DNA of 63,972 bases, counting the filler, from Octopus bimaculoides (taxonomy: Eukaryota): NCBI RefSeq assembly GCF_001194135.2. It is 8 parts of 7 records of this genome, joined end to end, with 100 filler letters (N's around TTAATTAATTAA, not from the genome) between each part and the next. Parts side by side here need not be neighbours in the genome. Positions count along the whole stretch, not along the records: positions 38,346 to 51,422 come from NC_068989.1; 7 more parts are not named here. One strand, 5' to 3'. The position numbers and the translations under genes are program-made. A model generated the notes under the pieces. The model searched no databases, had not been told where the DNA came from, and saw only the letters and a list, made by a program, of their open reading frames with translations. Shown in pieces: positions 38,246-49,548 of this stretch. Numbering within the stretch: the first letter of the stretch is position 1; each line of letters opens with the position of its first letter.

Positions 38246-39439
38246 NNNNNNNNNNNNNNNNNNNNNNNNNNNNNNNNNNNNNNNNNNNNTTAATTAATTA
38301 ANNNNNNNNNNNNNNNNNNNNNNNNNNNNNNNNNNNNNNNNNNNNATATGTATGTATATATATGTATATATAAAAGAGACCACTAAGTGGACTGCTAATG
38401 TGCTAGAAGAAGATCACATGTAATGTGTCTTTTAAGACCGAATAGTTTTCAAAGAAAAAAATCTAGCGAATATGGACCAAGATAGAGAAATAGAACAAAA
38501 GAGCGAGAGAGAGGGACAGAGAGAAAGAGACGGAGAGAGGGACAGAGAGAGAAAGAGACGGAGAGAGGGACAGTAGTAAAAGAAAGTGAAAGTAAAAAAA
38601 AAAACACAAAAGATGTCTATGTTAACCGATCTGGGTAAAACCGCCCAGAAGTGAGTAATTTGTCTTGGTGTATAGACCTTTTACGGATGAGTGTGTTTCT
38701 TTACAACTGGCTCATAACGGCCCAGTCCACCTAACCGCGAATAGATAGATGCTACAAAATTGACACTTGATTTATTGCCTCGTCATCGCTGGCCTTAATG
38801 TTCTTTAGTTCCAGGTGAAAGCGTCACACAAATTGGATCTCGTTCAGAAACACATGATTCATAAGAACTTGTTAACAACAATGCTATGTCTGCGCCTATG
38901 CTATTGATAAAACTCGACAGCAGCTTACCACATGACCTCTTTACAAGGACCTAAACTCTTGTTCTACCAGAAATATTGCTCGTGTACAACCATGTTGCTG
39001 CAGCCTCGTGGAAGACAACATTATTACGCTTCCTGTTACCAGACGTATATTCCTGTTATAGTAGCCTGGTGGAAGATATCATTACTATTCGTTCTATCAC
39101 TTGCAACATCTTTGTACGGTGGCCTGGTAGAAGGTGATACCACTGCCTTTCGTTTTATGAGTTTTATAGGCATTTTTATGTATTGGCACTCCGTCGGTTA
39201 CGTCGATGAGGGTTCTATCAGGCTGAGTTCTTGTGCGTGAATTTGTCTTGAATGGATAAAATACTGCGCAGCAACCAAACCTGCTTTTCAATGCAACCAG
39301 CTATAAAACCAATGGCCAAACAGAAGTTGAGACGAATTCATGTTTCTTTTGCACTAGTTTACTCCACTCCCGAAAGAAGTTCTAACGAGAACTAGGGATC
39401 CTTTATTCCCAATGGTGGTTCACTTGTTAATTAACCCAT

Positions 39440-39610
39440 AAGTAAAATAAAGCTACCTTCTCATGCCGACTCACAAGGGCCGGTTTCCCGGTTTCATGGA
39501 GTATATATTCCGCACTTGGATAGGACGCCGGTCCGTCGCAGGATTACTCATTTTTGCCAGCCGAGTGGACTGGAGCAACGTGAAATGAAGTGTTTTGCTC
39601 AAGAATACTA
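39440..39610 (-). mobile_element. SINE family C (partial)
   Basis: Reverse complement TTCTTGAGCAAAACACTTCATTTCACGTTGCTCCAGTCCACTC. Confidence 0.65.
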
Positions 39611-40224
39611 CTCTGAGAGAGAAAGAGACCCTGGGAGCAACAGTGGCTCAAAGGTGGCTCTACACTTCTCAAAATCTTGGAACTCCCATACCAGAGACCC
39701 AATAAAGAGAATAGTTTAAAGTCATGTTCAGGATATGCANNNNNNNNNNNNNNNNNNNNNNNNNNNNNNNNNNNNNNNNNNNNNNNNNNNNNNNNNNNNN
39801 NNNNNNNNNNNNNNNNNNNNNNNNNNNNNNNNNNNNNNNNNNNNNNNNNNNNNNNNNNNNNNNNNNNNNNNNNNNNNNNNNNNNNNNNNNNNNNNNNNNN
39901 NNNNNNNNNNNNNNNNNNNNNNNNNNNNNNNNNNNNNNNNNNNNNNNNNNNNNNNNNNNNNNNNNNNNNNNNNNNNNNNNNNNNNNNNNNNNNNNNNNNN
40001 NNNNNNNNNNNNNNNNNNNNNNNNNNNNNNNNNNNNNNNNNNNNNNNNNNNNNNNNNNNNNNNNNNNNNNNNNNNNNNNNNNNNNNNNNNNNNNNNNNNN
40101 NNNACACACACACACACACACACACACACATACGAAGGTTACGACTATATTTCGAGCAATACCACTGGTTGAAAGTTCTGTTAAATGTAACCGGATAGAC
40201 ATGGGTTTTCAACTCTTATCGGGA

Positions 40225-40330
40225 CAGTTCTATATTTAAGAGATGAGGAATTATGTACGTTTTTTACATTATTTACATCCGTAAAATGTAAATAATGTAC
40301 ATAATTCCTCAACTCTTAAATATAGAACTG
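40225..40330. mobile_element. Short hairpin MITE-like element
   Basis: CAGTTCTATATTTAAGAG.TGAGGAATTATGTAC...ATTATTTACAT pairs with ATGTAAATAATGTACATAATTCCTCAACTCTTAAATATAGAACTG. Confidence 0.75.
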
Positions 40331-40339
40331 CATTATCTA

Positions 40340-41660
40340 ATCAGTACTGAGCCGACATTAGACTTCAATGGAGATATACAGAGAAACGCCATCAAAAACT
40401 AGCTCGTCTTTCAAACCATCTAACTTTCCTGTGTAGATGTAGAGACTCAAAGCTAATACTACATGGCTTGAATATAACGACACCCGTAGATTCATATAAA
40501 GCTAGAAGAGTAGCAGAAAGGGCAGGACATACCCTCGTCTGTGAGAAGATCCATTACAACCGTTGGAAAAAAACATCAACTAAATAAAGAAATCAAAGAG
40601 AGGTTATATCCATTACTTAGGAAAATAACCAGAGATGATGATAAAAAGGGAATCTAACAAGATGTAGAAAAGTCGCACATGAAAGAATTTGAAATGATGA
40701 AGGCACGCCAGATTAAGAAGTTTATGAAACTCAAAGGTCAGAGAATGAAGACTGAAGTCCATCACCCACCTGTGAAAGCAGCGATTAATGTAAGTAGCCG
40801 ACGTCTGGAAGACTCCGAAGAAGCTGTACTAAACAAAGGTCTCAACTTTGCGACAACCATCAAGCGCATTCCATACTTGGACATAATAGCCCCTATTGAA
40901 GAGATAGCCGTAAAGATACCAAAAGCTCAGGGAGATTAACTAAGGTGGAAAGTGAGACAGGTACTAGAAAAACCGAAACTTCCCAAACCAAACATCACTA
41001 AGGAAGAAAAGTTCGCTATCAAAAGAGTACAGAGTGAAAATTCCATCATAATATTTCCAGCAGACAAGAGAAATGCTACTGTGGTGATGAACAAGTCTGA
41101 CTACTCTGAAAAATTGGCAAGTCTTATTTGTGATGGAAGCTACAGCAAAGTAAAGAAAGACTCTACTCTGAAAACAGAGAGGAAGTTGTCACAGATCTTG
41201 ATCAAGAACAAGGATCACTTTACACCAATGAAGTACAGACAACTGACTCAACACTACAGTAAACTACCACACATGTACCACATATGTACCACACAAGATT
41301 CACAAGAATGGTATTCCATTAAGGCCTATAGTGAGCTGTAGAGGTTCAGCATGTCACCCACTGATATACAATCAGATATATAGTTGTGGATATAATCAGT
41401 CCATTAGCAGGAAAGTCAACATCGTTCGTGAAGAATTCCACCTACTTCACAGAATTGATCAAAGATACCCCCATTGAATTCAATCAGATGGCGAGTCTAG
41501 ATGTGATAATTTTGTTCACCAAAGTCCCAACAGGTTCGAAATTTCCCCACGACACCTGATGAAGGCTGGGGGGTATATCAGCCGAAACGTTGTGTTAACA
41601 ACTAACAAGATGAGGACAAATATTCGTCAAATGTAAACCATGTAAATAATATCTTCTAGG
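40340..41660 (+). mobile_element. Internally deleted Penelope-like element (N-terminus and RT start joined to a pLTR-like segment)
   Basis: NHLTFLCRCRDSK..., EEAVLNKGLNFA, PADKRNATVVMNKSDY, RPIVS, ASLDVIILFTKVP, then an abrupt switch to a hammerhead-bearing sequence. Confidence 0.85.
41551..41596 (+). ncRNA. Minimal type I hammerhead ribozyme motif
   Basis: GACAC-CUGAUGA-A-GGCUG(loop)CAGCC-GAAA-C-GUU-GUGUU: helix I GACAC/GUGUU, helix II GGCUG/CAGCC, palindromic AACGUU helix III. Confidence 0.75.
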
Positions 41661-42129
41661 GACGTACACTGATTTACACAGCAGGTATTCAGATCTCACT
41701 ACCTATGCTGACACATTTTTTTTCATTCAATGTTTTGCCTTTTTCTGCTTTGAATAGACATAGGAAGCAACACATTACAGCGGCGTTAATAAAGACGTCA
41801 GATATAAAGCGGAAACATTTTAAAGGTAGGAATGACATTGTGCAGAGCTAATTCTCTATACAATGTATGCGTTTGTTCAAAAGGAATTTGTCTGCATGAC
41901 TGGGATCATGATAGGCGCCTCTACACGCCGATCAGGTTTGTAAGGGTACCAGCTTAATCGTCGACTGCCAGATCATGCCACAATTTGTATTGAGTTACGT
42001 TACCAAAAGCATTAAGAGTGACCTGATAAAGCATACATACATACATACGCACATACATACATACATTCATACATACATACATACATACATACATACATAC
42101 ATACATACAAACATACATACATACATACA

Positions 42130-42590
42130 TTGAGAAATTTGCAGATACTCCACCCAGACTACAAGTTCAGATTCATACCCGTGATTGTTGGGGCATTGGG
42201 ATATGTAACGAACTGCTTCAACAAAAACCTGGAAAAATTAGGGTTCTCAAAACCTGAAAGAAAAAGGCTGATTAGAAGACTACATATCCAAGCCATTCCT
42301 GGACCTGTAAATATTTGTAAAACGTTCCAGAGATTTATCATTTAAGTATATATGCGTATGTCTAGGCATGCAACTACACACATGAGAATGCATACATAAA
42401 ACAAAACATACAAATCTGCACATGTACTGACTCCAAATACTGCACATATACAAACATGCAAAAAAACCTGTTTATGATGTTGAAATTTCAATGAAGGAGC
42501 CTTGGATCTATGTTAGAAACCGGCATCTTCTCTATTGGCAAGAAATCTTGAAATAAAACTGCATAATGACATACATACATACATAGATAG
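42130..42590 (+). mobile_element. 5'-truncated RLE retrotransposon, 3' end with (ACAT)n tail
   Basis: RNLQILHPDYKFRFIPVIVGALGYV...ICKTFQRFII* plus a UTR ending GAAATAAAACTGCATAATG-(ACAT)n; preceded by (ACAT)n. Confidence 0.75.
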
Positions 42591-43075
42591 GATAACCCCA
42601 TGAACAAATAAGAACCCACAATATGGTGGAAGCCATAGCCACAGCCACTCATAATAAAAAGGAATACTGGTGGAATGTCCAAGTGAAAACCTCAATAAAA
42701 TGTAAACGCAAGAGAACTAATATAATGATTTGAGATAGAGAAATGAAGCAGTGTACAACTGTGGAAATCAGCTGCCCAGCGAATGTTTATATAAAGCTGC
42801 GGTTCAACGAAAAAGAGGATACTTACGCTGAACTATTGAGAAACCTACAATTACTCTACCCAGATGACAAATTCAGGCTTATACCTGTAATTATTGGGCC
42901 ACTAGGATATGTAGCACAGTGCCTAAATACCAATCTTGAGAATTTAATTTAGAAACCAGCTCTTTCTCTATTGGCAAGAAATCTTGAAATAAAAGTGAAT
43001 AATGAAATACATACATGCATACATACATGCATACATACATATTTGTATAGATTGATACATACATGCATGCATACA
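42591..43075 (+). mobile_element. Second RLE retrotransposon copy with an internal deletion and (ACAT/GCAT)n tail
   Basis: EYWWNVQVKTSIKCK...EISCPANV...YAELLRNLQLLYPDDKFRLIPVIIGPLGYV, then a jump to the same UTR (AGAAACC.GC..TTCTCTATTGGCAAGAAATCTTGAAATAAAA). Confidence 0.75.
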
Positions 43076-43556
43076 TAGCGATTAAACATATTAGATACCA
43101 TATCTGAAACTCAAATTTAAGTTTGCAGACTTAGATGCTATAAAAAATAATAAAAATATATTAAACAAATACATGTATGAGCAGAAAGTATTGCAGTCGT
43201 TATACTCAGTGTACGACAGTGAGCCATAGACAAAGTTCTATTGCTTCTGACGAAATATCCAAAATTCTTACCTTCTCTGATCAAATGATTTTCGTCTTCA
43301 GTTATTATACCATGTTACAGTGAACATGCGCACGTACGTATGTTTGTCCGCCACCATCTCTTTATAACCAATGTTGCTATGTTTGCATTCCCGTAATCTA
43401 GCGGTTCGGCAGAACAGTCGATAAAATAAGCATCAGGCTTTAAAAAAGTAAGTCCAGGGGGTCGATTTGTCCAACTAAAAGGCGGGGCTCCAGCATGGCC
43501 ACACACAAATGACTGAACCAAGTAAAACAATAAAAGAGTAATATATATATATATAT

Positions 43557-43751
43557 TGATTAATCGCTGACCAAACACCATTCAATTTTTTTCTCCGTGT
43601 TTTTCTCCTTGTTTTCTCCGTATTCTTTCTGTTGAAGAGCGTAGCTCGAAACGTTAAAGACTTTCTGTATTCCCGAGCATCAAACTAATACATCCTTTTG
43701 TTGTTTACACCACCTGTCCTCGTCTGTTGTTTTTTTTCGTACATTCTCCCA
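43557..43751 (+). mobile_element. Family H element, copy 3 (hammerhead-like motif 43624-43660)
   Basis: TCTTT-CTGTTGA-A-GAGC-GTA-GCTC-GAAA-C-GTT-AAAGA; flanked by (TA)n on both sides. Confidence 0.7.
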
Positions 43752-43989
43752 TATATATATATATATATATATATAAATGTTAAGGAGAATTTCAGATAGG
43801 TTCAACAATTAATATATACATACATTCTGCCATAGATGGATGCATATGAGTCTTTAACATATATCATCGTTAAAATATTAAAATATATTAAGAATTCTTG
43901 AATACACAGACATACAAAAATGTAATATACATACATAATTAGATGAGTGTAAATAGGTTAGAAAGGCGTTGTAAAAATTATTAAGAGTA

Positions 43990-44290
43990 GGGCAGCAAGC
44001 TGGCAGAAACATTAGCACGCCGGGCGAAATGCTTAGCGGTTACGTTCTGAGTTCAAATTCCGCCGAGGTCGACTTTGCCTTTCATACTTTCGGGGTCGAT
44101 AAATTAAGCACCAGTTACGCATTGGGGTCGGTGTAATCGACCTAATCCCTTTGTCTGTCCTTGTTTGTCCCCTTTATGTTTAGCCCCTGGTGGGCAATAA
44201 AGAAATAAGAAACGTTAGCACGCAGGACGAAATGTTTAGCGGTATTTCGTCTGCCGTTACGTTCTAGGACTTGTGCCTTGAGTAGGAAAG
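43990..44290 (+). mobile_element. SINE family A running into a second partial head
   Basis: Full copy to ~44210, then AGAAACGTTAGCACG restarts directly on the tail. Confidence 0.8.
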
Positions 44291-44301
44291 AATAAAAATT
44301 A

Positions 44302-44883
44302 TGGATCTTTTTTAAAACGGGGGCCACATTTTTCATTAACGAAACACTTTGAAACTTGGAACACTGGTAGAATGTGTCATATAAAACATCTTTTTCTCTT
44401 AGTCTTCTTAAAAAAAAAAGAAATCCATAAGTTATTCCATGTTAAAGTTGTCGTATTTCTGTAATTTCAACCAATCACTGACGTCCATTCAGCCGATATA
44501 CATTAAGTGCCGACTACATAAACAAACGATTCTGAAACAATTAACCCTAACCCTAACCCTAGCGTTAGGGTTAGGGTTAGGGTTATGGTTAAAGCAAATT
44601 TAAAATGAAAAAAGCAAATAAAACGAAGGTATGGAGATTAAATACGCTTTACATCGCTTAATCAGCCAAAGGAGTAAATATAAACAACTGAATACTTGTC
44701 AGTGATTGGTTGAAATTATCGAAATAAGACAATTTTTTACATGAAATAAATTCGAATACAAAAATATTTTTCTGTTCTATAACACAAAATAGATAAGTAT
44801 ACGAAGTTTGAAAGTCTTTCCGTACCAAAAATACTACGTAAAACATTAAGAAAAAATGTGGCCCCCGTTTTAAAATAGATCCA
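44302..44883. mobile_element. MITE with terminal and subterminal inverted repeats and a central telomeric hairpin
   Basis: TGGATC...AAAACGGGGCCACATTTTT / AAAAATGTGGCCCC(C)GTTTT...GATCCA; inner IR 44465-44482 / 44698-44715. Confidence 0.8.
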
Positions 44884-45589
44884 AGTCTTCCGAAGAGCGG
44901 ATAAAAGAACATCGTAGCATTGAGGTTGAAATATTTCAATAAATATTAGTAAATAATCCGAGAGAATATTTAACAACATTACTTATACTTGTTTGAAATA
45001 TTCCAGCCTCAACGCTACAACATTCTTTTATTCGCTCTTCGGAAGTCTATACTTTATTCACGTATTTGTAAAGGTATACTTTTATTCTTAATAATTTTTA
45101 CAACGCCGTTCTAACCTATTTACACTCATCTATTTATACATGCATATCAGATTTGTATATATTTGTGTATCCATGAATTTTAAATATATCGTAATATTTC
45201 AACGACTGATACATTGGTATATTTTAAAGACTGGTATGCATCGATCTATGGCAGGATATACGTATGAATAAACTGTTGAACCTATCTGAAATTCTCGTTA
45301 ACATTTTTTACTTTTGCGTCTCGGGCCCTTTATCTGAGCACTTCTGAGTAGTGCCTATACAATAAACAAAGAAACTTTACTATATATATAGTGTGTGTAT
45401 ATGTTTATGTCTGTATATATATATATATATATACGTATATATATATATATATATANNNNNNNNNNNNNNNNNNNNNNNNNNNNNNNNNNNNNNNNNNNNN
45501 NNNNNNNNNNNNNNNNNNNNNNNNNNNNNNNNNNNNNNNNNNNNNNNNNNNNNNNNNNNNNNNNNNNNNNNNNNNNNNNNNNNNTATAT

Positions 45590-45835
45590 GCATGAAAGAG
45601 GACTGTCGTATATATGTGTATATTTGTTTGTGTTTCTGTGTTTGTACCCCCACTATCACTTGACAACCGATGTTGCTGCGTTTAAGTGCCCGTAACTTAG
45701 CGGTTCGGCAAAAGACTGATAGAATAAGTACTAGGCTTACAAGGAATAAATCCTGCAGTCAGTTTGTTCCATTAAAGTTGGTTCTCCAGCATGGCCACAG
45801 TCACATGACTGAAACAAGTAAAAGAATAAAAAAAA
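45590..45835 (+). mobile_element. SINE family B (3' half)
   Basis: TTGACAACCGATG...TAACTTAGCGGTTCGGCAAAA...GCATGGCCACAGTCACATGACTGAAACAAGTAAAAGA. Confidence 0.75.
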
Positions 45836-45881
45836 AAACTATGCCATTTTAATCCCAAACAACGCTGGGTATCTCTGCTAG

Positions 45882-45912
<31 letters not shown>

Positions 45913-46242
45913 TATATATATATATATACACACACATATATATATGAAGGCGTGTGTGTATGTCTATGTTTATATTGTCCACGTGTGTATATGTATGAGT
46001 GTGCGTCTGTGCGAGTGCGCGCGCGTGCGTGTTTATCCGTTTTATACTTGAGTGATTAAATATGAAAATAATTCAGAAATATGAACATTAGGAAGTTTCG
46101 TTAATGTTACTCAGTGCAACATGAAAATGCAAAAATACCCCCAGAAAGTAGTGAAATAAACATAATGAAAAAATTTCTTTCACACTCACACACACACACA
46201 CATACTCCCCACATGTGTTTGTGTGTGTCTTTTATCGTTCAA

Positions 46243-46690
46243 CTTTTATTTTTCACCTGTTTCAGACAGTGAATTGAAGTCATGCTGGTTCGCCGCTTTT
46301 TAGATTTTCGTCGAACGAATCTACACCAGTACTTATTTTACATTCAGGGGGTGCTTATTCTCTTATGCGAAACGATTAAATTGCGGGAACGTAAACGAAC
46401 CAGCACCGGTTGTCGAGTGGTAGTGGGCAGCAAACACAGACACAAAGACACACACACACACACACACCACACCAAACTCGCACATGCCCACATTCACTCA
46501 CACACCTGCACTCACGCCCCCGCCCCCGCCCCACACGTGTATATGATGGAATTATTTCTCTTCACCAAATCCACTGATAAGGTTTTGGTCGGCCCGAGGC
46601 TATAGCCGAAGGCACCCGCACAAGGTGCCACGTAGTAGGACTGAACTCGGAACCATATAGTTAGGAAGCAGGCTTCTCACCACACAACCG
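46243..46690 (-). mobile_element. SINE family B
   Basis: Reverse complement of the family B head, body and tail. Confidence 0.7.
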
Positions 46691-46836
46691 CAACTTTGCT
46701 TTTTCTCCTGGAGTCGGCAAAATCAAGTACCTGTCAAATATTAGGGTCGACTTGATATACTAATTCCCGTCACGCTCCCAAACTTCTCGCCTTGTGCATA
46801 TTTTACAAACAAGTATTTTTATTTGAGCAGAAGGTG

Positions 46837-47322
46837 AGGCGGCGAGCTGGCAGAAACGTTAGCACGCCGGGGGAAATGCTTAGCGGTATTTCGTCTGCCG
46901 NNNNNNNNNNNNNNNNNNNNNNNNNNNNNNNNNNNNNNNNNNNNATTAAGTACCAGTTACGCACTGGAGTCGATATAATCGACTTAATCCGTTTGTCTGT
47001 CCTTGCTTGTCTGTCCTTGTTTGTCCCCTCTATGTTTAGCCCCTTGTGGGCAATAAAGAAATAAGAATCGTAAGAGCGTCAAGCTGGCAGAAACGTTAGC
47101 ACGCCGGGGGAAATGCTTAGCGGTATTTCGTCTGCCGCTACGTTCTGAGTTCAAATTTCGCCGAGGTCGACTTTGCTTGTCATCCTTTCGGGGTCGATTA
47201 AATAAGTATCAGTTACGCATTGGGGTCGATATAATCGACTTAATCCGTTTATCTGTCCTTGTTTGTCCCCTCTGTGTGTAGCCCCTTGTGGGCAATAAAG
47301 AAATAAGAATCGTAAGAGCGTC
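46837..47322 (+). mobile_element. Head-to-tail SINE family A dimer
   Basis: Two near-identical copies, each followed by AATCGTAAGAGCGTC (47066-47080 and 47308-47322). Confidence 0.8.
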
Positions 47323-47808
47323 CGAAATTTTTCTTGTTAATGTTACTTCCTGGCCCTTACGTTCTGAGTTGAGATCCCCAGAGATCGATGAAATAAAGTA
47401 CCAGTGAAATGCCGGAGTCGTTTGTACCGACTAATCATTCCCTTCTCCACAAAACTTTCAGGCTTGTGCCTAATTGACAAACAAGTCGTAGGTCGATGGA
47501 TTTCTGGAATCATTAAAGCGTCGAGCAAAAGCGTCGAGCAAAATCGCTCTGAGTTCAAATCGCGCTGAAGTCAACTGTTTGTGTTTTTTTTTCCATTCAT
47601 CTTTCTTAGGCCGAGAAAATAAAGTGTCAAATGTATTTGAAGCGAAATTCAGGTTAATAAGCTAGTCTGCATTTAAGCGACCACAGCCTGTTTCAACTTT
47701 GTCTTTGTTCCTACAGAAATTCTGACGGACGTCGCAGCCTCAGAGCGTACCTTCGTACACCACCACCGCCATTACCACCACCACTACCCTTGCACCCCAA
47801 ACCCACCT

Positions 47809-47850
<42 letters not shown>

Positions 47851-48205
47851 GTTATTTGCAGTAGCTTGCCTGTTTTCTATTGTTGATATGGCGACAATAA
47901 CCCACTTTTTACGGGACAATGAAGGTCATCGACCTGCTCGAAATAAATAACAAATCACTCTTAGAAGTGTTAAACGAAGAAGGACACATTATCACTACCA
48001 CATAACATACTATCAAACGACGAGATAGTCATAGTGAAAAATGCCCTGGAGTGTAAATGTATTCGATTGGAGTCATGTTGGGGTCAGTCAGCATTTTACT
48101 ATTGCTCAAAATTAAAAAAAGGAGACAACAATCCAATAAAACACAACACAATATATTTGAAGATATATGATCAATTAATTAATCAGTTAATTAATCCCCC
48201 ATTCG

Positions 48206-48258
<53 letters not shown>

Positions 48259-48259
<1 letters not shown>

Positions 48260-48452
48260 GGGAGAATTTACGAAAAAAACAACAACAGATGAGGACAGGT
48301 GGTGTAAACAACAAAAGGATGTATTAGTTTAACGCTCGGGAATACAGAAAGTCTTTAACGTTTCGAGCTACGCTCTTCAACAGAAAGAATACGGAGAAAA
48401 CAAGGAGAAAAACACGGAGAAAAAAACTGAATGTTTTGGTCAGCGATCAATC
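48259..48452 (-). mobile_element. Family H element, copy 4 (hammerhead-like motif 48352-48388)
   Basis: Near-identical to the other copies; abuts (TCTA)n. Confidence 0.7.
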
Positions 48453-49232
48453 CTCCAGCGTTTTCCATCATTTATTTATTTTACGAATGTGTTTCTCTTT
48501 ACCTATATTAAGNNNNNNNNNNNNNNNNNNNNNNNNNNNNNNNNNNNNNNNNNNNNNNNNNNNNNNNNNNNNNNNNNNNNNNNNNNNNNNNNNNNNNNNN
48601 NNNNNNNNNNNNNNNNNNNNNNNNNNNNNNNNNNNNNNNNNNNNNNNNNNNNNNNNNNNNNNNNNNNNNNNNNNNNNNNNNNNNNNNNNNNNNNNNNNNN
48701 NNNNNNNNNNNNNNNNNNNNNNNNNNNNNNNNNNNNNNNNNNNNNNNNNNNNNNNNNNNNNNNNNNNNNNNNNNNNNNNNNNNNNNNNNNNNNNNNNNNN
48801 NNNNNNNNNNNNNNNNNNNNNNNNNNNNNNNNNNNNNNNNNNNNNNNNNNNNNNNNNNNNNNNNNNNNNNNNNNNNNNNNNNNNNNNNNNNNNNNNNNNN
48901 NNNNNNNNNNNNNNNNNNNNNNNNNNNNNNNNNNNNNNNNNNNNNNNNNNNNNNNNNNNNNNNNNNNNNNNNNNNNNNNNNNNNNNNNNNNNNNNNNNNN
49001 NNNNNNNNNNNNNNNNNNNNNNNNNNNNNNNNNNNNNNNNNNNNNNNNNNNNNNNNNNNNNNNNNNNNNNNNNNNNNNNNNNNNNNNNNNNNNNNNNNNN
49101 NNNNNNNNNNNNNNNNNNNNNNNNNNNNNNNNNNNNNNNNNNNNNNNNNNNNNNNNNNNNNNNNNNNNNNNNNNNNNNTATGCATATATCCACGTAGATT
49201 GAAATACCGGTTGGTCTCTCTCTCTCTCTCTA

Positions 49233-49548
49233 CAGTGGTTAGAGCGTCGAGCTTACGATCCTGCGGTTGTGAGTTCGATTCCCGGACCGGGCTGCGTGTT
49301 GTGTTCTTGAGCAAGACACTTTATTTCACGTTGCTCCAGTTAACTCAGCTGTAGAAATAAGTTGCGACATCCCTGGTGCCAAGCTGTATCGGCCTTTGCC
49401 TTTCCCTTGGATAATATCAGTGGTGTGGAGAGGGGCTGGTATGCATGGGCGACTGCTGACCTTCCATAAAAAAATCTTACCCGGACTTGTGCCTCAGAAG
49501 GTAACTTTCTAGGTGCAATCCCATGGTCATTCATGACCGAAGGGGTCT
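49233..49548 (+). mobile_element. tRNA-derived SINE, family C, near full length
   Basis: CAGTGGTTAGAGCG A-box, GTTCGATTCCC B-box, TTCTTGAGCAAGACACTTTATTTCACGTTGCTCCAG core. Confidence 0.8.

Larger units (their letters stand above)
43776..45307. mobile_element. Foldback element with long inverted arms and nested insertions
   Basis: 43776-43989 is the imperfect reverse complement of ~45082-45307; central hairpin at 44884-45048. Confidence 0.75.

Noticed and set aside
44542-44585. Interpretation as an ancestral telomere-telomere fusion site
   Set aside because: Wrong orientation (CCCTAA before TTAGGG), only three units per arm, and embedded in a MITE.
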